Source: Candidatus Pantoea superficialis (lineage in GTDB: Bacteria; Pseudomonadota; Gammaproteobacteria; Enterobacterales; Enterobacteriaceae). Taken from it: a DNA stretch of 64,000 nt. The position numbers and the translations under genes are program-made. The stretch is taken from positions 3,533-67,532 of the forward strand of contig DBOK01000188.1 of assembly GCA_002299595.1 (NCBI GenBank), given 5' to 3'. The first letter of the stretch is position 1. Each line of letters starts with the position of its first letter. Positions 11,477-23,292 of this stretch are shown here, in pieces. Below the pieces are notes generated by a model. It saw only the letters and a list, made by a program, of their open reading frames with translations, ran no database searches and was not told the DNA's origin.

Positions 11477-12760
11477 ATGGTCAAATTCGATAGAACAGAT
11501 CAGATGATGCTGGCGAGACAACTGCCAGCACAGACGGTCGCCCTGATCCTTGCGGGAGGGCGCGGCACGCGCCTGAGAGACCTGACCGCAGAACGCGCCA
11601 AACCGGCAGTCCACTTTGGCGGCAAGTTCCGTATCATCGACTTTGCGCTCTCCAACTGCCTTAACTCCGGCATCCGGCGCATCGGCGTGATCACCCAATA
11701 TCAGTCGCATTCGCTGGTGCAGCATATCCAGCGCGGCTGGTCCTTCTTCAATGAGGAGATGAATGAGTTTGTCGATCTGCTGCCGGCGCAGCAGCGCTTT
11801 TCCACCGAGCACTGGTATCGCGGCACCGCCGACGCGGTAACGCAAAATCTCGACATCATCCGCCGCTACAACGCGCAGTACGTGGTGATCCTCGCGGGCG
11901 ATCACATTTATAAAATGGATTACTCGCGCATGCTGTTGGATCACGTCGGCAACGAAGCGAAATGCACTATCGCCTGTTTGCCGGTGCCGATCCATGAAGC
12001 CACCGCCTTCGGCGTCATGGCGGTCAACGAAGATAATATCGTGGTGGATTTCGTCGAGAAGCCGCCTCAGCCCCCCGCTATGCCCGGCGACGATACCCAG
12101 GCGCTGGCCAGCATGGGCATTTATGTTTTTAACGCGGATTATCTTTATCAGCTGTTGGAAGAGGATCTGCTGGAGCCAGGCTCGAATCACGATTTCGGCA
12201 AAGATCTGCTGCCGAAAATCGTCGCCAGCGGTCAGGCCTACGCACACTCTTTCACCGATTCCTGCGTGCAAAACGATACGCAAGCGGTGCCCTACTGGCG
12301 CGATGTCGGTACGTTGGAAGCCTACTGGCGCGCCAACCTCGACCTGGCTTCAGTGACGCCCGAACTGGATATGTACGACCACGAATGGCCGATCCGTACC
12401 CATATGGAGCAGCTGCCGCCGGCGAAATTCGTGCAGGATCGCTCCGGCAGCCACGGCATGACGATGAATTCGCTGGTCTCCGGCGGCTGCATCATCTCCG
12501 GCTCGGTAGTGGTGAATTCCGTGCTGTTCCCGCGCGTACGCATTAATTCGTTTTGCAATATTGATTCCAGCGTGCTGTTGCCGGACGTGATAATCGGCAG
12601 CTCCTGTCGTCTGCGCCGCTGCGTGATCGATCGCGCCTGTGTGCTGCCGGAAGGGATGGTGATTGGCGAAAACCCCGATGAAGACAGCCGCCGGTTTTAC
12701 CGTTCAGAAGAGGGCATCGTGCTGGTAACCCGAGCCATGCTGGCCAAACTGGCTCAATAG
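11477..12760 (+). CDS. glgC: glucose-1-phosphate adenylyltransferase
   Basis: [32 protein letters not shown]. Confidence 0.97.
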   Translation: MVKFDRTDQMMLARQLPAQTVALILAGGRGTRLRDLTAERAKPAVHFGGKFRIIDFALSNCLNSGIRRIGVITQYQSHSLVQHIQRGWSFFNEEMNEFVDLLPAQQRFSTEHWYRGTADAVTQNLDIIRRYNAQYVVILAGDHIYKMDYSRMLLDHVGNEAKCTIACLPVPIHEATAFGVMAVNEDNIVVDFVEKPPQPPAMPGDDTQALASMGIYVFNADYLYQLLEEDLLEPGSNHDFGKDLLPKIVASGQAYAHSFTDSCVQNDTQAVPYWRDVGTLEAYWRANLDLASVTPELDMYDHEWPIRTHMEQLPPAKFVQDRSGSHGMTMNSLVSGGCIISGSVVVNSVLFPRVRINSFCNIDSSVLLPDVIIGSSCRLRRCVIDRACVLPEGMVIGENPDEDSRRFYRSEEGIVLVTRAMLAKLAQ

Positions 12761-12833
12761 GTTTCGAGCGACGAAACAGTACACATGCAATCGACGCGAG
12801 GATCGCGCCTGATTATTTAAATAGGGGTCGAGG

Positions 12834-14267
12834 ATGCAGGTTTTACATGTCTGTTCAGAACTTTTCCCGCTGCTGAAAACGGGCGGGCTGGCTGATGTCG
12901 TCGGGGCATTGCCACAGGCGCAAATCGCCGGTGGTACGGATACGCGGGTATTGCTCCCCGCGTTTCCTGACCTGCGCAAGGGAATTCCGGACACGGAAGT
13001 CGTTGCAGAGTTGCATACCTTCGCCGGTTTCGTGCGCCTGTTGTTCGGGCACTACAACGGCGTCGGGATTTATTTGATTGACGCGCCGGGGCTGTACGAT
13101 CGCCCCGGCAGTCCGTACCACGATGAATCACAGTTCGCCTATACCGACAACTATCTGCGCTTCGCGCTGCTCGGCTGGATGGGCTGCGAAATCGCCTGCG
13201 GGCTGGACGCCTTCTGGCGGCCCGATGTCGTGCATGCGCATGACTGGCATGCGGGTCTGACCTGCGCCTATCTGGAGGCGCGCGGCCGTCCGGCGAAATC
13301 GGTGTTTACCGTGCATAATTTAGCCTATCAGGGGCTGTTTTACGCGCACCATATGGATCAAATCCAGCTGCCGTGGTCTTTCTTCAACATGCACGGGCTG
13401 GAGTTCCACGGCCAAATCTCTTACCTGAAAGCGGGACTTTACTACGCCGATCATATCACGGCGGTCAGCCCGACCTACGCGCACGAGATTACCCGACCGG
13501 AGTTCGGCTACGGCATGGAGTCGCTGCTGGCGCAACGTCTGCTGGAGGGACGCTTAAGCGGCATTCTCAACGGCGTCGATCCGGCTATCTGGGATCCGGC
13601 CCACGACCTGCTGCTGACCGCGCGCTACAACCGCGACACTCTGGACGCCAAGGCGGAGAACAAGCGGCAGCTGCAAATCGCCATGGGCCTGAAGGTCGAC
13701 GACAGCGTGCCGGTGTTTGCGGTGGTGAGCCGCCTGACGCGTCAGAAAGGTCTCGATCTGGTGCTGGAAGCCTTGCCGGGCCTGCTGGCGCAGGGCGGCC
13801 AGCTGGTGCTGCTGGGGCAAGGCGATGCGGAGCTGCAACAGGGCTTTCTCGCCGCCGCGGCGGAACATCCGGGCAGCGTCGGCGTGCAGATCGGCTATCA
13901 CGAGGCGTTTTCGCATCGCATTATGGGCGGCGCCGACGTGATTATGGTGCCCAGCCGCTTCGAGCCTTGCGGCCTGACCCAGCTCTACGGTCTGAAGTAC
14001 GGCACGCTGCCGCTGGTACGCCGCACCGGCGGCCTGGCGGATACCGTCAACGACAGTTCGCTGGAGAACCTGGCCGACGGCGCCGCCAGCGGCTTTAGCT
14101 TTGAAGATAGCAACGCCTGGTCGCTGCTGCGGGCTATCCGACGCGCCTTTGTATTGTGGTCCCGTCCCTCGCTCTGGCGCTACGTTCAGCGTCAGGCGAT
14201 GGGGATGGATTTTAGTTGGCAAGTAGCGGCGGAGTCCTACCGCGATCTGTATCAACGTTTGCTGTAA
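12834..14267 (+). CDS. glgA: glycogen synthase
   Basis: KTGGLAD motif, [15 protein letters not shown]. Confidence 0.97.
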   Translation: MQVLHVCSELFPLLKTGGLADVVGALPQAQIAGGTDTRVLLPAFPDLRKGIPDTEVVAELHTFAGFVRLLFGHYNGVGIYLIDAPGLYDRPGSPYHDESQFAYTDNYLRFALLGWMGCEIACGLDAFWRPDVVHAHDWHAGLTCAYLEARGRPAKSVFTVHNLAYQGLFYAHHMDQIQLPWSFFNMHGLEFHGQISYLKAGLYYADHITAVSPTYAHEITRPEFGYGMESLLAQRLLEGRLSGILNGVDPAIWDPAHDLLLTARYNRDTLDAKAENKRQLQIAMGLKVDDSVPVFAVVSRLTRQKGLDLVLEALPGLLAQGGQLVLLGQGDAELQQGFLAAAAEHPGSVGVQIGYHEAFSHRIMGGADVIMVPSRFEPCGLTQLYGLKYGTLPLVRRTGGLADTVNDSSLENLADGAASGFSFEDSNAWSLLRAIRRAFVLWSRPSLWRYVQRQAMGMDFSWQVAAESYRDLYQRLL

Positions 14268-14288
14268 CGAGAGATTGGGATACTGGAT

Positions 14289-16736
14289 ATGAAAGCACCT
14301 TTCACCTATGCCGCCCCTACGTTAACGGTTGATGCCTTAAAGCATTCCATCGCCTATAAGCTGATGTTTACCATCGGCAAAGATCTCTCCGTCGCCAATA
14401 AGCATGACTGGCTGAACGCCGCGCTGCTGGCGGTGCGCGATCGCATGGTGGAGCGCTGGCTGCGGTCGAGCCGCGCGCAGCTTTCGCAGGATGTGCGCCA
14501 GGTTTACTACCTGTCGATGGAATTCCTGATGGGCCGCACCCTCTCCAACGCGCTGCTGGCGATGGGGATCTATGAAGATCTCAGTCAGGCGCTGGAGGAG
14601 ATGGGGCTGAACCTGGCCGATCTGATGGAGGAAGAGAACGATCCGGGATTAGGCAACGGCGGCCTGGGCCGACTCGCCGCCTGCTTCCTCGATTCTCTCG
14701 CCACGCTCGGCCTGCCGGGGCGCGGCTACGGCATTCGCTACGATTACGGCATGTTCAAGCAGAACATCGTGGACGGACAGCAGAAAGAGTCGCCGGATTA
14801 CTGGCTGGAATATGGCAACCCCTGGGAGTTCCAGCGTTACAATACCCGTTACAAAGTGCGTTTCGGCGGACGTATCCAGCACGAAGGCAGCAAGGTGCGC
14901 TGGCTGGAGACGGAAGAGATCCTGGCGATGGCGTACGATCAGATCATCCCCGGCTTCGATACCGACTCCACCAACACGCTGCGCCTGTGGAGCGCGCAGG
15001 CCAGCAACGAGATCAACCTGGGTAAATTCAACCAGGGCGACTATTTCGCGGCGGTAGAAGATAAAAACCACTCCGAGAACGTCTCGCGCGTGCTTTACCC
15101 TGACGACTCCACCTATTCCGGCCGCGAGCTGCGCCTGCGTCAGGAATATTTCCTCGTTTCCGCCACGGTGCAGGATATTCTCAACCGACACTGGCAGATG
15201 CATCACTCCTGGGAAAATCTGGCGGACAAGATCGCCATCCACCTGAACGACACCCATCCGGTGCTGGCGATCCCGGAGCTGATGCGGCTGCTGATCGACG
15301 AATACAAATTCAGCTGGGACGAGGCGTTCGACGTCACCTGCCGAGTCTTTTCCTACACCAACCACACCCTGATGAGCGAGGCGCTGGAGACCTGGCCCGT
15401 CGATATGATCGGCAAGATTCTGCCCCGCCATCTCGGCATCATTTTCGACATCAACGACTACTTTCTGAAAACTGTGCAGGACAATTACCCTGACGACGTC
15501 GATCTTCTGTCGCGCGTCTCCATCATTGATGAGAACAACGGCCGCCAGGTGCGCATGGCCTGGCTGGCGGTAGTGGTCAGCCACAAGGTGAACGGCGTCT
15601 CCGAGCTGCACTCCAACCTGATGGTGCAGTCGCTGTTCGCCGATTTCGCGCCTCTTTTCCCGGGCCGCTTCTGCAACAAAACCAACGGCATTACGCCGCG
15701 CCGCTGGCTGGCGCTGGCTAATCCGTCGCTCTCCTCGGTGCTGGACGAAACCATCGGCCGCAACTGGCGTACTGAGCTAAGCCAGCTTTCGGAGCTGACG
15801 CCGCAGATCGACTACCCCGCCTTTATCCGGCAAATCGCCGAGGCGAAGCTGACGAATAAGCGTCGTCTGGCGGAGTGGGTGGCGAAAAATATGGATATCG
15901 TGCTCGATCCGCATGCGCTGTTCGACGTGCAGATCAAGCGTATTCACGAGTATAAACGCCAGCTGCTTAACGTCCTGCATGTGATTACGCGCTATAACCG
16001 CATTAAGGCGGATCCGGATGCGGAGTGGGTGCCGCGCGTGAATATCTTCGCCGGCAAGGCCGCCTCGGCCTATTACATGGCGAAGCACATTATTCATTTG
16101 ATTAACGACGTGGCGAAAGTGATCAACAACGACCCGCAGGTGAAAAACAAGCTGAAGGTGGTGTTTATTCCAAACTACGGCGTGAGCCTGGCGCAGATCA
16201 TTATTCCGGCGGCGGATCTCTCCGAGCAGATCTCCACGGCGGGAACCGAGGCCTCCGGCACCAGCAACATGAAGTTCGCCCTGAACGGCGCGCTGACGAT
16301 CGGCACGCTGGATGGCGCCAACGTTGAGATGCGCGAGCACGTCGGCAAAGAGAATTTCTTTATCTTCGGCAATACCACGCCGCAGGTGGAGTCGCTGCGC
16401 CGTAACGGCTATAACCCGCGCAAATATTATGAAGAGGACGCCGAGCTGCATCTGGCGCTGAATCAGATCGCCACCGGCGCTTTCAGCCCGCAGGAACCTG
16501 GCCGCTATCGCAATATTTTCGATTCGCTGGTTAACCTCGGCGACCACTACCAGCTGCTGGCGGATTACCGCAGCTATGTGGATACCCAGGATAAGGTGGA
16601 TACGCTTTTCCGTCAGCCGGAAGAGTGGCAGCGTCGCGCCGCGCTGAATATCGCCAATATGGGCTACTTCTCCTCCGACCGTACCATTCAGGAGTACGCG
16701 GATGAGATCTGGAACATCTCGCCGGTAAAGTTGTAA
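14289..16736 (+). CDS. glgP: glycogen phosphorylase
   Basis: 815 aa; [13 protein letters not shown] and [10 protein letters not shown] (PLP lysine). Confidence 0.97.
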   Translation: MKAPFTYAAPTLTVDALKHSIAYKLMFTIGKDLSVANKHDWLNAALLAVRDRMVERWLRSSRAQLSQDVRQVYYLSMEFLMGRTLSNALLAMGIYEDLSQALEEMGLNLADLMEEENDPGLGNGGLGRLAACFLDSLATLGLPGRGYGIRYDYGMFKQNIVDGQQKESPDYWLEYGNPWEFQRYNTRYKVRFGGRIQHEGSKVRWLETEEILAMAYDQIIPGFDTDSTNTLRLWSAQASNEINLGKFNQGDYFAAVEDKNHSENVSRVLYPDDSTYSGRELRLRQEYFLVSATVQDILNRHWQMHHSWENLADKIAIHLNDTHPVLAIPELMRLLIDEYKFSWDEAFDVTCRVFSYTNHTLMSEALETWPVDMIGKILPRHLGIIFDINDYFLKTVQDNYPDDVDLLSRVSIIDENNGRQVRMAWLAVVVSHKVNGVSELHSNLMVQSLFADFAPLFPGRFCNKTNGITPRRWLALANPSLSSVLDETIGRNWRTELSQLSELTPQIDYPAFIRQIAEAKLTNKRRLAEWVAKNMDIVLDPHALFDVQIKRIHEYKRQLLNVLHVITRYNRIKADPDAEWVPRVNIFAGKAASAYYMAKHIIHLINDVAKVINNDPQVKNKLKVVFIPNYGVSLAQIIIPAADLSEQISTAGTEASGTSNMKFALNGALTIGTLDGANVEMREHVGKENFFIFGNTTPQVESLRRNGYNPRKYYEEDAELHLALNQIATGAFSPQEPGRYRNIFDSLVNLGDHYQLLADYRSYVDTQDKVDTLFRQPEEWQRRAALNIANMGYFSSDRTIQEYADEIWNISPVKL

Positions 16737-16810
16737 CGGCGTTAGCCGGAGCGCAGGGAGAAGCGCCCCGGCATTCGGTCGGCATGCGGCGGGCCTGAAG
16801 CCCGCCCGTC

Positions 16811-18151
16811 TTATGACATCAGGGCAAAGGCGATCATGCCCACCAGCGCGCCTGTGGCACCTAAGATCGTCTCCATCAGCGTCCAGGTTTTCAACGTTTC
16901 CCCTTCCGTCGCGCCGGTAAAGCGGCCGAATAGCCAGAAGCCCGCGTCGTTGACATGGCTAAGGATAATCGAGCCGCCAGCGATGCAAATGGAAAGCGCC
17001 GCCAGCTGCGCGCCGCTGTAATGCAGGTTTTCGATCACCGGCATCACCAGTCCCACGGTGGTCAGACAGGCTACCGTGGCCGATCCCTGAATCACCCGCA
17101 CGGCGCCGGCCAGAATAAAACAGGCGAGCGCAATCGGCAGACCGGCGCCGGTCAGGGCGTTGCCCAGCACCGGGCCGACGCCGGAGTCGACCAGCACCTG
17201 CTTAAAGACGCCGCCCGCGCCGATCACCAACAGAATGATCCCGGCGGGCTGCAGCGCGCTGCTGCACACCTGCATCACCTTCTCTTTATCCATGCCCTGC
17301 CGATACGCCAGGCCGTAGATCGCCACCAGGCACGCCAGCAGGATGGCGGTAAAGGGATGGCCGATGAACTCCAGCCACTCATAAAGGCGCGACCCCTCGC
17401 TGGTAAAACGCGCGCCGATGGTTTTCAGCCCCACCAGCACCAGCGGAAATAAGATCAGCGCCAGGCTGAAGCCAAACGACGGCAGCTGGTTTTCATCCAC
17501 CTCCGGCTGGTGAGTCTCCGGCGGCATGCTGAAGCTGACGTGACGAGCGATCAGGTTGCCGAACAGCGGACCGGCGACCAGCATGCCGGGGATCGCCGCG
17601 CAGAGTCCCAGCAGGATCATCCAGCCGAAATCCGCATGCATCTGCGCCGCCAGCAACATCGGCGCCGGGCCGGGCAGCAAAAAGGCGGCGGCGGCGGCCA
17701 CGCCGGCAAACAGCGGGATCACCAGTTTGACCAGGTTGCCGTGCGTACGGCGCGCCACGGCAAACGCGATGCTGATCAGCAGCACCACTGCCACTTCGAA
17801 AAACAGCGGCAGCGCGCAAATCAGCCCGGCAATCCCCATCGCATAGTGCGCCCGGCTTTCGCCGAAGGTTTTCAGCATGCGAATAGCGATCTGATCCACG
17901 GCGCCGGTTTCATGCAGGATTTTGCCGAACATCGCGCCCAGCGCGACCACGATAGCGAGGAATCCCAGCGTGCCGCCCATTCCCTTCTGCATGGTCTCGG
18001 CAATGTGATCGAGGGGCATACCGGAAAAAAGGCCGGCGCCGATAGAGACGAGCATCAGCGCGACAAAAGCATGCATGCGCGCTTTCATAACAAGAAACAG
18101 CAGCAGGAATACGGAACCTGCCGCTGTCAAAACCAGCGTTGCGGTACTCAT
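16811..18151 (-). CDS. gntU: low-affinity gluconate transporter (GntP family)
   Basis: 446 aa, SHVNDAGFW motif, downstream of gntK. Confidence 0.92.
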   Translation of the reverse strand: MSTATLVLTAAGSVFLLLFLVMKARMHAFVALMLVSIGAGLFSGMPLDHIAETMQKGMGGTLGFLAIVVALGAMFGKILHETGAVDQIAIRMLKTFGESRAHYAMGIAGLICALPLFFEVAVVLLISIAFAVARRTHGNLVKLVIPLFAGVAAAAAFLLPGPAPMLLAAQMHADFGWMILLGLCAAIPGMLVAGPLFGNLIARHVSFSMPPETHQPEVDENQLPSFGFSLALILFPLVLVGLKTIGARFTSEGSRLYEWLEFIGHPFTAILLACLVAIYGLAYRQGMDKEKVMQVCSSALQPAGIILLVIGAGGVFKQVLVDSGVGPVLGNALTGAGLPIALACFILAGAVRVIQGSATVACLTTVGLVMPVIENLHYSGAQLAALSICIAGGSIILSHVNDAGFWLFGRFTGATEGETLKTWTLMETILGATGALVGMIAFALMS

Positions 18152-18155
18152 TACA

Positions 18156-18692
18156 TCAATCCTTGTTTACTGCTCCCTTGATGGTCGCAACCGTGGCCGC
18201 AACAACTTCGTCCAGCGTGTGGTCGATATCCACCACCAGTACGTCATATTCGTCGCTGCCCGGCTCTTCCAAAGCGGCGAACTGCGTGACCAGCATCTGC
18301 GGTTTGAAGAAGTGGCCTTTACGCGCCCTGAGACGGGCTTCAATGGTGTCGAAATCACCCTTGAGATAGATGAATTTCAGATTCTGATTGCCCTTGCGCA
18401 GAATATCGCGATAGCGCTTTTTCAACGCCGAGCAGACGATAATCGATACCGCCTGGGTGCGCTGCATGGCGAAAGCGGCGTCGTTCAGCGCCTGCAGCCA
18501 GGGTTGGCGATCGTTGTCGTCCAGCGGGTGCCCTTCCGCCATTTTCAGGATATTGGCGCGCGGGTGAAGAAAGTCGCCGTCGAGAAAGGCGGTTTGCAAC
18601 TGATAAGAAACCTGGCTGGCGACCGCAGATTTACCGCTGCCAGATACCCCCATCAGGATAAAAACATGATGCGGTATGGAAGGCGTTGTCAT
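18156..18692 (-). CDS. gntK: gluconokinase
   Basis: MGVSGSGKS P-loop, DGDFLHP, CSALKKRYR; start taken at MTTPSIP. Confidence 0.94.
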   Translation of the reverse strand: MTTPSIPHHVFILMGVSGSGKSAVASQVSYQLQTAFLDGDFLHPRANILKMAEGHPLDDNDRQPWLQALNDAAFAMQRTQAVSIIVCSALKKRYRDILRKGNQNLKFIYLKGDFDTIEARLRARKGHFFKPQMLVTQFAALEEPGSDEYDVLVVDIDHTLDEVVAATVATIKGAVNKD

Positions 18693-18721
18693 TTTATTCG
18701 CTCCGGCAGATGAATTTGCCA

Positions 18722-18737
18722 ATGTTACCGATAACAA
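18722..18737. promoter_or_regulatory. GntR operator of gntKU
   Basis: ATGTTACCGATAACAA versus consensus ATGTTACCGGTAACAT. Confidence 0.88.
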
Positions 18738-18799
18738 TTCAGTCAACATTGTCGGGACAGCATCATGGCGAGGCAACCTTTTTACCGGGAAAAGCGCAG

Positions 18800-18821
18800 A
18801 AGTGTGAGCTGATTCAAAAAA
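18800..18821. promoter_or_regulatory. CRP-binding site upstream of gntK
   Basis: TGTGA-gctgat-TCAAA at 18803-18818. Confidence 0.6.
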
Positions 18822-18830
18822 GCGTCAGAA

Positions 18831-19826
18831 TCAGATGCTATCCCCTTCGGCAATTTCAAACCCGACGTCCAGCGCGGCGGTCATGCTGCGATCGCCGCCA
18901 ATACGCGCCAGCAGCATCGCCGCCGCTTCGCGTCCCATATGTTCGCGCGGCGTCAGCACGGTGGCCAGGCGCGGCGTCACGACCTGAGCGATATCGTGGC
19001 CGTGGAACCCGGCGATCGCCATCTGCTCAGGCACTTTCAACCCCTGGCGCTGACATTCGAACATGGCGCCGACCGCCAAGTCGTCATTGGTGCAGAACAA
19101 GCTGTCGGTATCGGGATAGCGTTGTTGCGCCTCACGCAGCAGCATCGCGCCGGCGCTGAACGACGACGCCTCCTCCATCATTACGCTGTGCGGCTCCAGC
19201 CCCGCCTCGCGCATCGCCTTTTCGTAGCCCTGCTGCTTTTGCAGCGTACGCTCATCCAGGCGCGCGCCAAGATAAACCGTATGGCGATGGCCTTTTTTGA
19301 GAATAGCATGGGTCATCTGACGCGCCGCTTCGACGTTGTCGAAACCCACCGCCATATCCAGGCAGGGAGAGACGCTGTCCATCACTTCGATTACCGGAAT
19401 GCCGGCCACTTCCAGCATGCGCAGCGTGCCCGGCGTATGGTTGCGCTCGGTCAGGATAACGCCGTCGATATTCCAGCCCAGCAGCGAACGCAGCTGCAGC
19501 TCCTCTTTCTGCGCGTTATAGCCGAAGTGCGCCACCAGCGTCTGGTAGCCCGCCTCGTCGGTCACGGTTTCAATGCCGCGCAGCACGTCGGCGAATACCT
19601 GGTTGGTCAGCGAAGGCAACAGCACGCCGATGGCGCGGCTGGTGGCGTTGGAGAGCATATCGGGCGCGCGGTTGGGAATGTAGCCCAGCTCATCAAGCGC
19701 CACGGCGATTTTTTCCCGCAGCGCGACGGAGACCTGTTCAGGATTGCGCAGGTAGCGGCTGACGGTCATTTTTGTGATGCCGATGCGATCGGCAACATCC
19801 TGTAATACCGGCCTTTTTTTCTTCAT
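18831..19826 (-). CDS. gntR: gluconate utilisation repressor (LacI family)
   Basis: MKKKRPVLQDVA...TKMTVSRYL LacI HTH, 331 aa. Confidence 0.95.
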   Translation of the reverse strand: MKKKRPVLQDVADRIGITKMTVSRYLRNPEQVSVALREKIAVALDELGYIPNRAPDMLSNATSRAIGVLLPSLTNQVFADVLRGIETVTDEAGYQTLVAHFGYNAQKEELQLRSLLGWNIDGVILTERNHTPGTLRMLEVAGIPVIEVMDSVSPCLDMAVGFDNVEAARQMTHAILKKGHRHTVYLGARLDERTLQKQQGYEKAMREAGLEPHSVMMEEASSFSAGAMLLREAQQRYPDTDSLFCTNDDLAVGAMFECQRQGLKVPEQMAIAGFHGHDIAQVVTPRLATVLTPREHMGREAAAMLLARIGGDRSMTAALDVGFEIAEGDSI

Positions 19827-19929
19827 CGTAATCGCTCAGGGGCAAATTTACGATGAGTCTATCATTAAAACGTCACAGAAAAACAAACAGGGCGCGACCT
19901 TTGCGCGCGCCCTCACTGATTGAGATTTA

Positions 19930-20625
19930 TCAGACCGGCGGCAGATCGAATAGCAGCACTTCCGCCGCGCTTTCCGCTTCGATGCTCAGCGTGCTTTCGT
20001 CCCAGATCGCCAGGGCGTCGCTGGCGCCGATGCGCTCGCCGTTCACCGCGACGACGCCTTTCACCACCTGAATCCAGACGCGGCGGCCCGCTTCGATATC
20101 CACGCCATCTTTATCGCCCGCCTCGAAAACCCAGCGCGACAGCGTCATGTCCTGATAAACCTTGAGCGAACCGTCGCGCGCGTCGGGCGTCAGCACATAC
20201 TGACGGCCTTTCACGTCGTCGAAACGACGCTGGTCGTAACGCGGCTCGATACCGGTACGCTCCGGGATAATCCAAATCTGATAAAGGTGCAGCGCCTCGG
20301 TGTTGCTGGCATTGTACTCGGAGTGACGCACGCCCGTGCCGGCGCTCATGATCTGGAACTCGCCCGCCGGGATCTGCTCTTTATTGCCCATGCTGTCCTG
20401 ATGCTCTACGGTGCCGGAAAGCACGTAGGTCAGAATTTCCATATCTTTATGGGGATGGGTGCCGAAGCCCTGGCCCGGATCGATGATATCTTCGTTGATC
20501 ACCCGCAGCGCCGAGAAACCCATAAAGTTGGCGTCATAGTAGTTGGCGAAAGAGAAAGTATGCCAGCTGTCGAGCCAGCCGTGGTTGGCGTGGCCGCGTT
20601 CTTCTGCTTTACGTACGTAGATCAT
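19930..20625 (-). CDS. yhhW: pirin-like protein (quercetin 2,3-dioxygenase)
   Basis: GFGTHPHKDMEI and GVRHSE metal motifs, 231 aa. Confidence 0.94.
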   Translation of the reverse strand: MIYVRKAEERGHANHGWLDSWHTFSFANYYDANFMGFSALRVINEDIIDPGQGFGTHPHKDMEILTYVLSGTVEHQDSMGNKEQIPAGEFQIMSAGTGVRHSEYNASNTEALHLYQIWIIPERTGIEPRYDQRRFDDVKGRQYVLTPDARDGSLKVYQDMTLSRWVFEAGDKDGVDIEAGRRVWIQVVKGVVAVNGERIGASDALAIWDESTLSIEAESAAEVLLFDLPPV

Positions 20626-20783
20626 GTTAAATTCTCCTCAATGTTTTTTATAGTCTGTACCTGGGGAGGAATGATTGATAGCTGAAAAACTTCATTTCTC
20701 TGTTCAAAAAAAGTGAACGAGTAAGCAAGCGGGTGATGAATCCCGTTGAAAGGAAGCGAGGCTGTCTACGGCGAATCGCAGAC

Positions 20784-20880
20784 AAAAAAAAGCCAGCACC
20801 GAAGCTGGCTAAGAAACACTGGAAGCAATGTGAGCAATGTCGTGCCTTCACCGGTTATCCTGAGGAGTTCCCGTGAACGC
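20784..20880 (-). ncRNA. ryhB: RyhB iron-sparing small RNA
   Basis: Minus strand reads ...GCACGACATTGCTCACATTGCTTCCAGTGTTTCTTAGCCAGCTTCGGTGCTGGCTTTTTTTT, the RyhB seed plus terminator; Fur box directly upstream; divergent from yhhY as in E. coli. Confidence 0.96.
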
Positions 20881-20882
20881 AT

Positions 20883-20907
20883 GGCAATAATAATCATTAT
20901 CATTCGC
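20883..20907. promoter_or_regulatory. overlapping Fur boxes at the ryhB promoter
   Basis: GGCAATAATAATCATTATC (20883-20901) matches GATAATGATAATCATTATC at 16/19; a second box is offset by 6 bp. Confidence 0.9.
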
Positions 20908-21005
20908 ATTTGTAAAGCGCTTTTTGCTGCGAATATTCATTTGCTTTCATACGTGAATTCCTTGATGTTTAAGGGGATTTATCCAGCTGCGTAAGGAGCC
21001 GCGTC

Positions 21006-21497
21006 ATGAGTCAGATTGTCATTCGTCACGTCACACCCGAAGATGCCAACGCATTGCATCGAATCTACAGCCAGCCTGATACGCAGGCAAATACCCTGCA
21101 TTTACCGCTGCCTCCGATGGCGCTATGGCAGGAACGACTGAATAATTTACGCCCGGGTGTTCATTCGCTGGTGGCCTGTATCGATGAAAAAGTGGTCGGC
21201 CAATTAACGCTGGAAGTTAATGCAGTTATACGCCGCCGCCATAGTGCGACCTTCGGTATGGGCGTCGATCAAGATTACCGTCAGCGCGGCGTAGGCAAGG
21301 CTTTGATCGCGGCGATGATCGATTTGTGTGATAACTGGCTGCAGGTGACGCGAATTGAACTGACGGTATTTGCCGACAACGACGCCGCCGTTGCGCTCTA
21401 TCGTCAGTTTGGCTTTGAAATCGAGGGCACTGCGCGCCGCTATGCGATGCGCAACGGTGAAATGATCGATACGCATTATATGGCGCGCCTGCTCTGA
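21006..21497 (+). CDS. yhhY: GNAT N-acetyltransferase (AaaT/YhhY)
   Basis: RRHSATFGMGV, RQRGVG acetyl-CoA motif, RIELTVFADN. Confidence 0.9.
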   Translation: MSQIVIRHVTPEDANALHRIYSQPDTQANTLHLPLPPMALWQERLNNLRPGVHSLVACIDEKVVGQLTLEVNAVIRRRHSATFGMGVDQDYRQRGVGKALIAAMIDLCDNWLQVTRIELTVFADNDAAVALYRQFGFEIEGTARRYAMRNGEMIDTHYMARLL

Positions 21498-21514
21498 AAA
21501 TGACTTTCAATAAT

Positions 21515-21538
21515 AAAAGGGCGCCTGAGCGCCCTTTG
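21515..21538. terminator. bidirectional terminator between yhhY and ggt
   Basis: AAAGGGCGC-ctga-GCGCCCTTT between convergent genes. Confidence 0.75.
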
Positions 21539-21540
21539 CC

Positions 21541-23292
21541 TTAATACCCCGCGGTCAGATCGTCAACGGAGCGGGGATCGGATGCGCCGTAAAGCATGCC
21601 GTCCGGGCCGATCATAATGCTCTGCGTGCTGCCCATGGCGGGTTCGATCCGCACATGCTGGCCCCGGCTCTCCAGCAGACGCAGCGTATCGGGGCTGAAC
21701 CCCTTCTCGACCCGCAGCTCATCCGGCAGCCACTGGTGATGGAAGCGCGGCGCATTGGTCGCTTCCGCTACGTTCATGCCGAAATCGACGCTGTTCACGA
21801 TCATTTGCAGCACGGTGGTAATAATCCGGCTGCCGCCCGGACTGCCCGTCACCAGCCAGGTCTTGCCCTCTTTGGTGACGATGGTCGGCGACATTGAGGA
21901 CAACGGCCGCTTCGCTGGCTGAATGGCGTTGGCGTCGCCCCCGACCAGACCATAGACGTTCGGCGTGCCCGGTTTGGCGGAAAAGTCATCCATCTCGTTG
22001 TTTAAAATGATGCCGCTTTCACCTGCCACGATGCCGCTGCCGAAGTTGGTGTTCAGCGTGTAGGTGACGGCGACCGCATTGCCGCGCTTATCCACCACCG
22101 AGAAGTGGGTGGTTTGATTGCTTTCATAGGGCGCCAGTTTGCCCGGCTTGATCTCGGAAGAGGGACGCGCTTTCGTCAGGTCGATCTGCTGCGCCAGCGA
22201 TTTCGCATAGGCTTTGCTGGTCAGCGCCTGCCACGGCACCTTGACGAAATCGGGATCGCCCAGATATTCCGAACGGTCGGCATAGGCGTATTTTTCCGCC
22301 TCCGCCATTGCCTGCATCGCGTCGGCGCTGCCGAAGCCCATTTTCGCCAGGTCGAAATTTTCAAGGATATTCAGGATCTGGACGATATGGATGCCGCCGG
22401 AGGATGGCGGCGGCATTGAGAAGACCTGATAGCCGCGGTAGGTGCCGCTGATCGGCTGGCGTTCAACCACGCGGTAGGCTGCCAAATCCGCTTTGCCGAT
22501 CAGTCCGCCGCTCCGGCTCATCTCTCCGGCGATCTCATCGGCGATTTTTCCGCGATAAAAAGCGTCCGGTCCCTGCGCAGCGATAAGTTGCAGACTGCGG
22601 GCGAGATTTTTCTGCACCAGCCGCTCGCCTTTGCGGTAAGGCGTGCCGTCAGCCTTGAAGAAAATCGCCCGGCTTGCGGGATGGTTAAGCAGCACCTCTT
22701 TGCCGTAGGTAGCGAGATCGTCCGCCAGCGCGTCGTCGATGACGAAACCGTCGCGCGCCAGCTTAATGGCGGGTTCCAGCAGGCGGCCGAACGGCAGCGT
22801 GCCATATTTTTGCGCCGCCAGCGCAAAGCCCGCGACGGTGCCCGGCGTGCCGGAGGCGAGCGGCGAGGTCAGCGACAGTTTGCTGTCGGCGTTGCCCTGC
22901 TTATCGAGAAACATGTCGCGCGAGGCGCGGGCGGGGGCCATTTCACGGAAATCGATGGCGCTGACGCGGCCCGCCGCGGTGCGCAGCAGCATAAAGCCGC
23001 CGCCGCCGAGATTGCCCGCCTGCGGATGGGTGACCGCCAGCGCGAAGCCGACCGCCACCGCCGCGTCCACCGCGTTCCCGCCCTGCTGCAGAATGTCGAC
23101 GCCTACCTGCGTCGCCAGCGCGTCCACCGACGCGACCATGCCGCTTTTCTCTTTCACCGGGTGAAAGGTATCCGCCTCCACGCCGTAAGAGACCGGCGGC
23201 GCGCTGGCCGTCGCGGCGTCCGCCGCTCCGGCCAGGGTAAAACCGATCAGCAACAGCCCGCCCAGCCGACGCATCTTGCTCGCTCTGTTCAT
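21541..23292 (-). CDS. ggt: gamma-glutamyltranspeptidase
   Basis: Signal peptide; YESNQ|TTHFSVVD autocleavage site; PLSSMSP; GSPGGSRI. Confidence 0.97.
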   Translation of the reverse strand: MNRASKMRRLGGLLLIGFTLAGAADAATASAPPVSYGVEADTFHPVKEKSGMVASVDALATQVGVDILQQGGNAVDAAVAVGFALAVTHPQAGNLGGGGFMLLRTAAGRVSAIDFREMAPARASRDMFLDKQGNADSKLSLTSPLASGTPGTVAGFALAAQKYGTLPFGRLLEPAIKLARDGFVIDDALADDLATYGKEVLLNHPASRAIFFKADGTPYRKGERLVQKNLARSLQLIAAQGPDAFYRGKIADEIAGEMSRSGGLIGKADLAAYRVVERQPISGTYRGYQVFSMPPPSSGGIHIVQILNILENFDLAKMGFGSADAMQAMAEAEKYAYADRSEYLGDPDFVKVPWQALTSKAYAKSLAQQIDLTKARPSSEIKPGKLAPYESNQTTHFSVVDKRGNAVAVTYTLNTNFGSGIVAGESGIILNNEMDDFSAKPGTPNVYGLVGGDANAIQPAKRPLSSMSPTIVTKEGKTWLVTGSPGGSRIITTVLQMIVNSVDFGMNVAEATNAPRFHHQWLPDELRVEKGFSPDTLRLLESRGQHVRIEPAMGSTQSIMIGPDGMLYGASDPRSVDDLTAGY

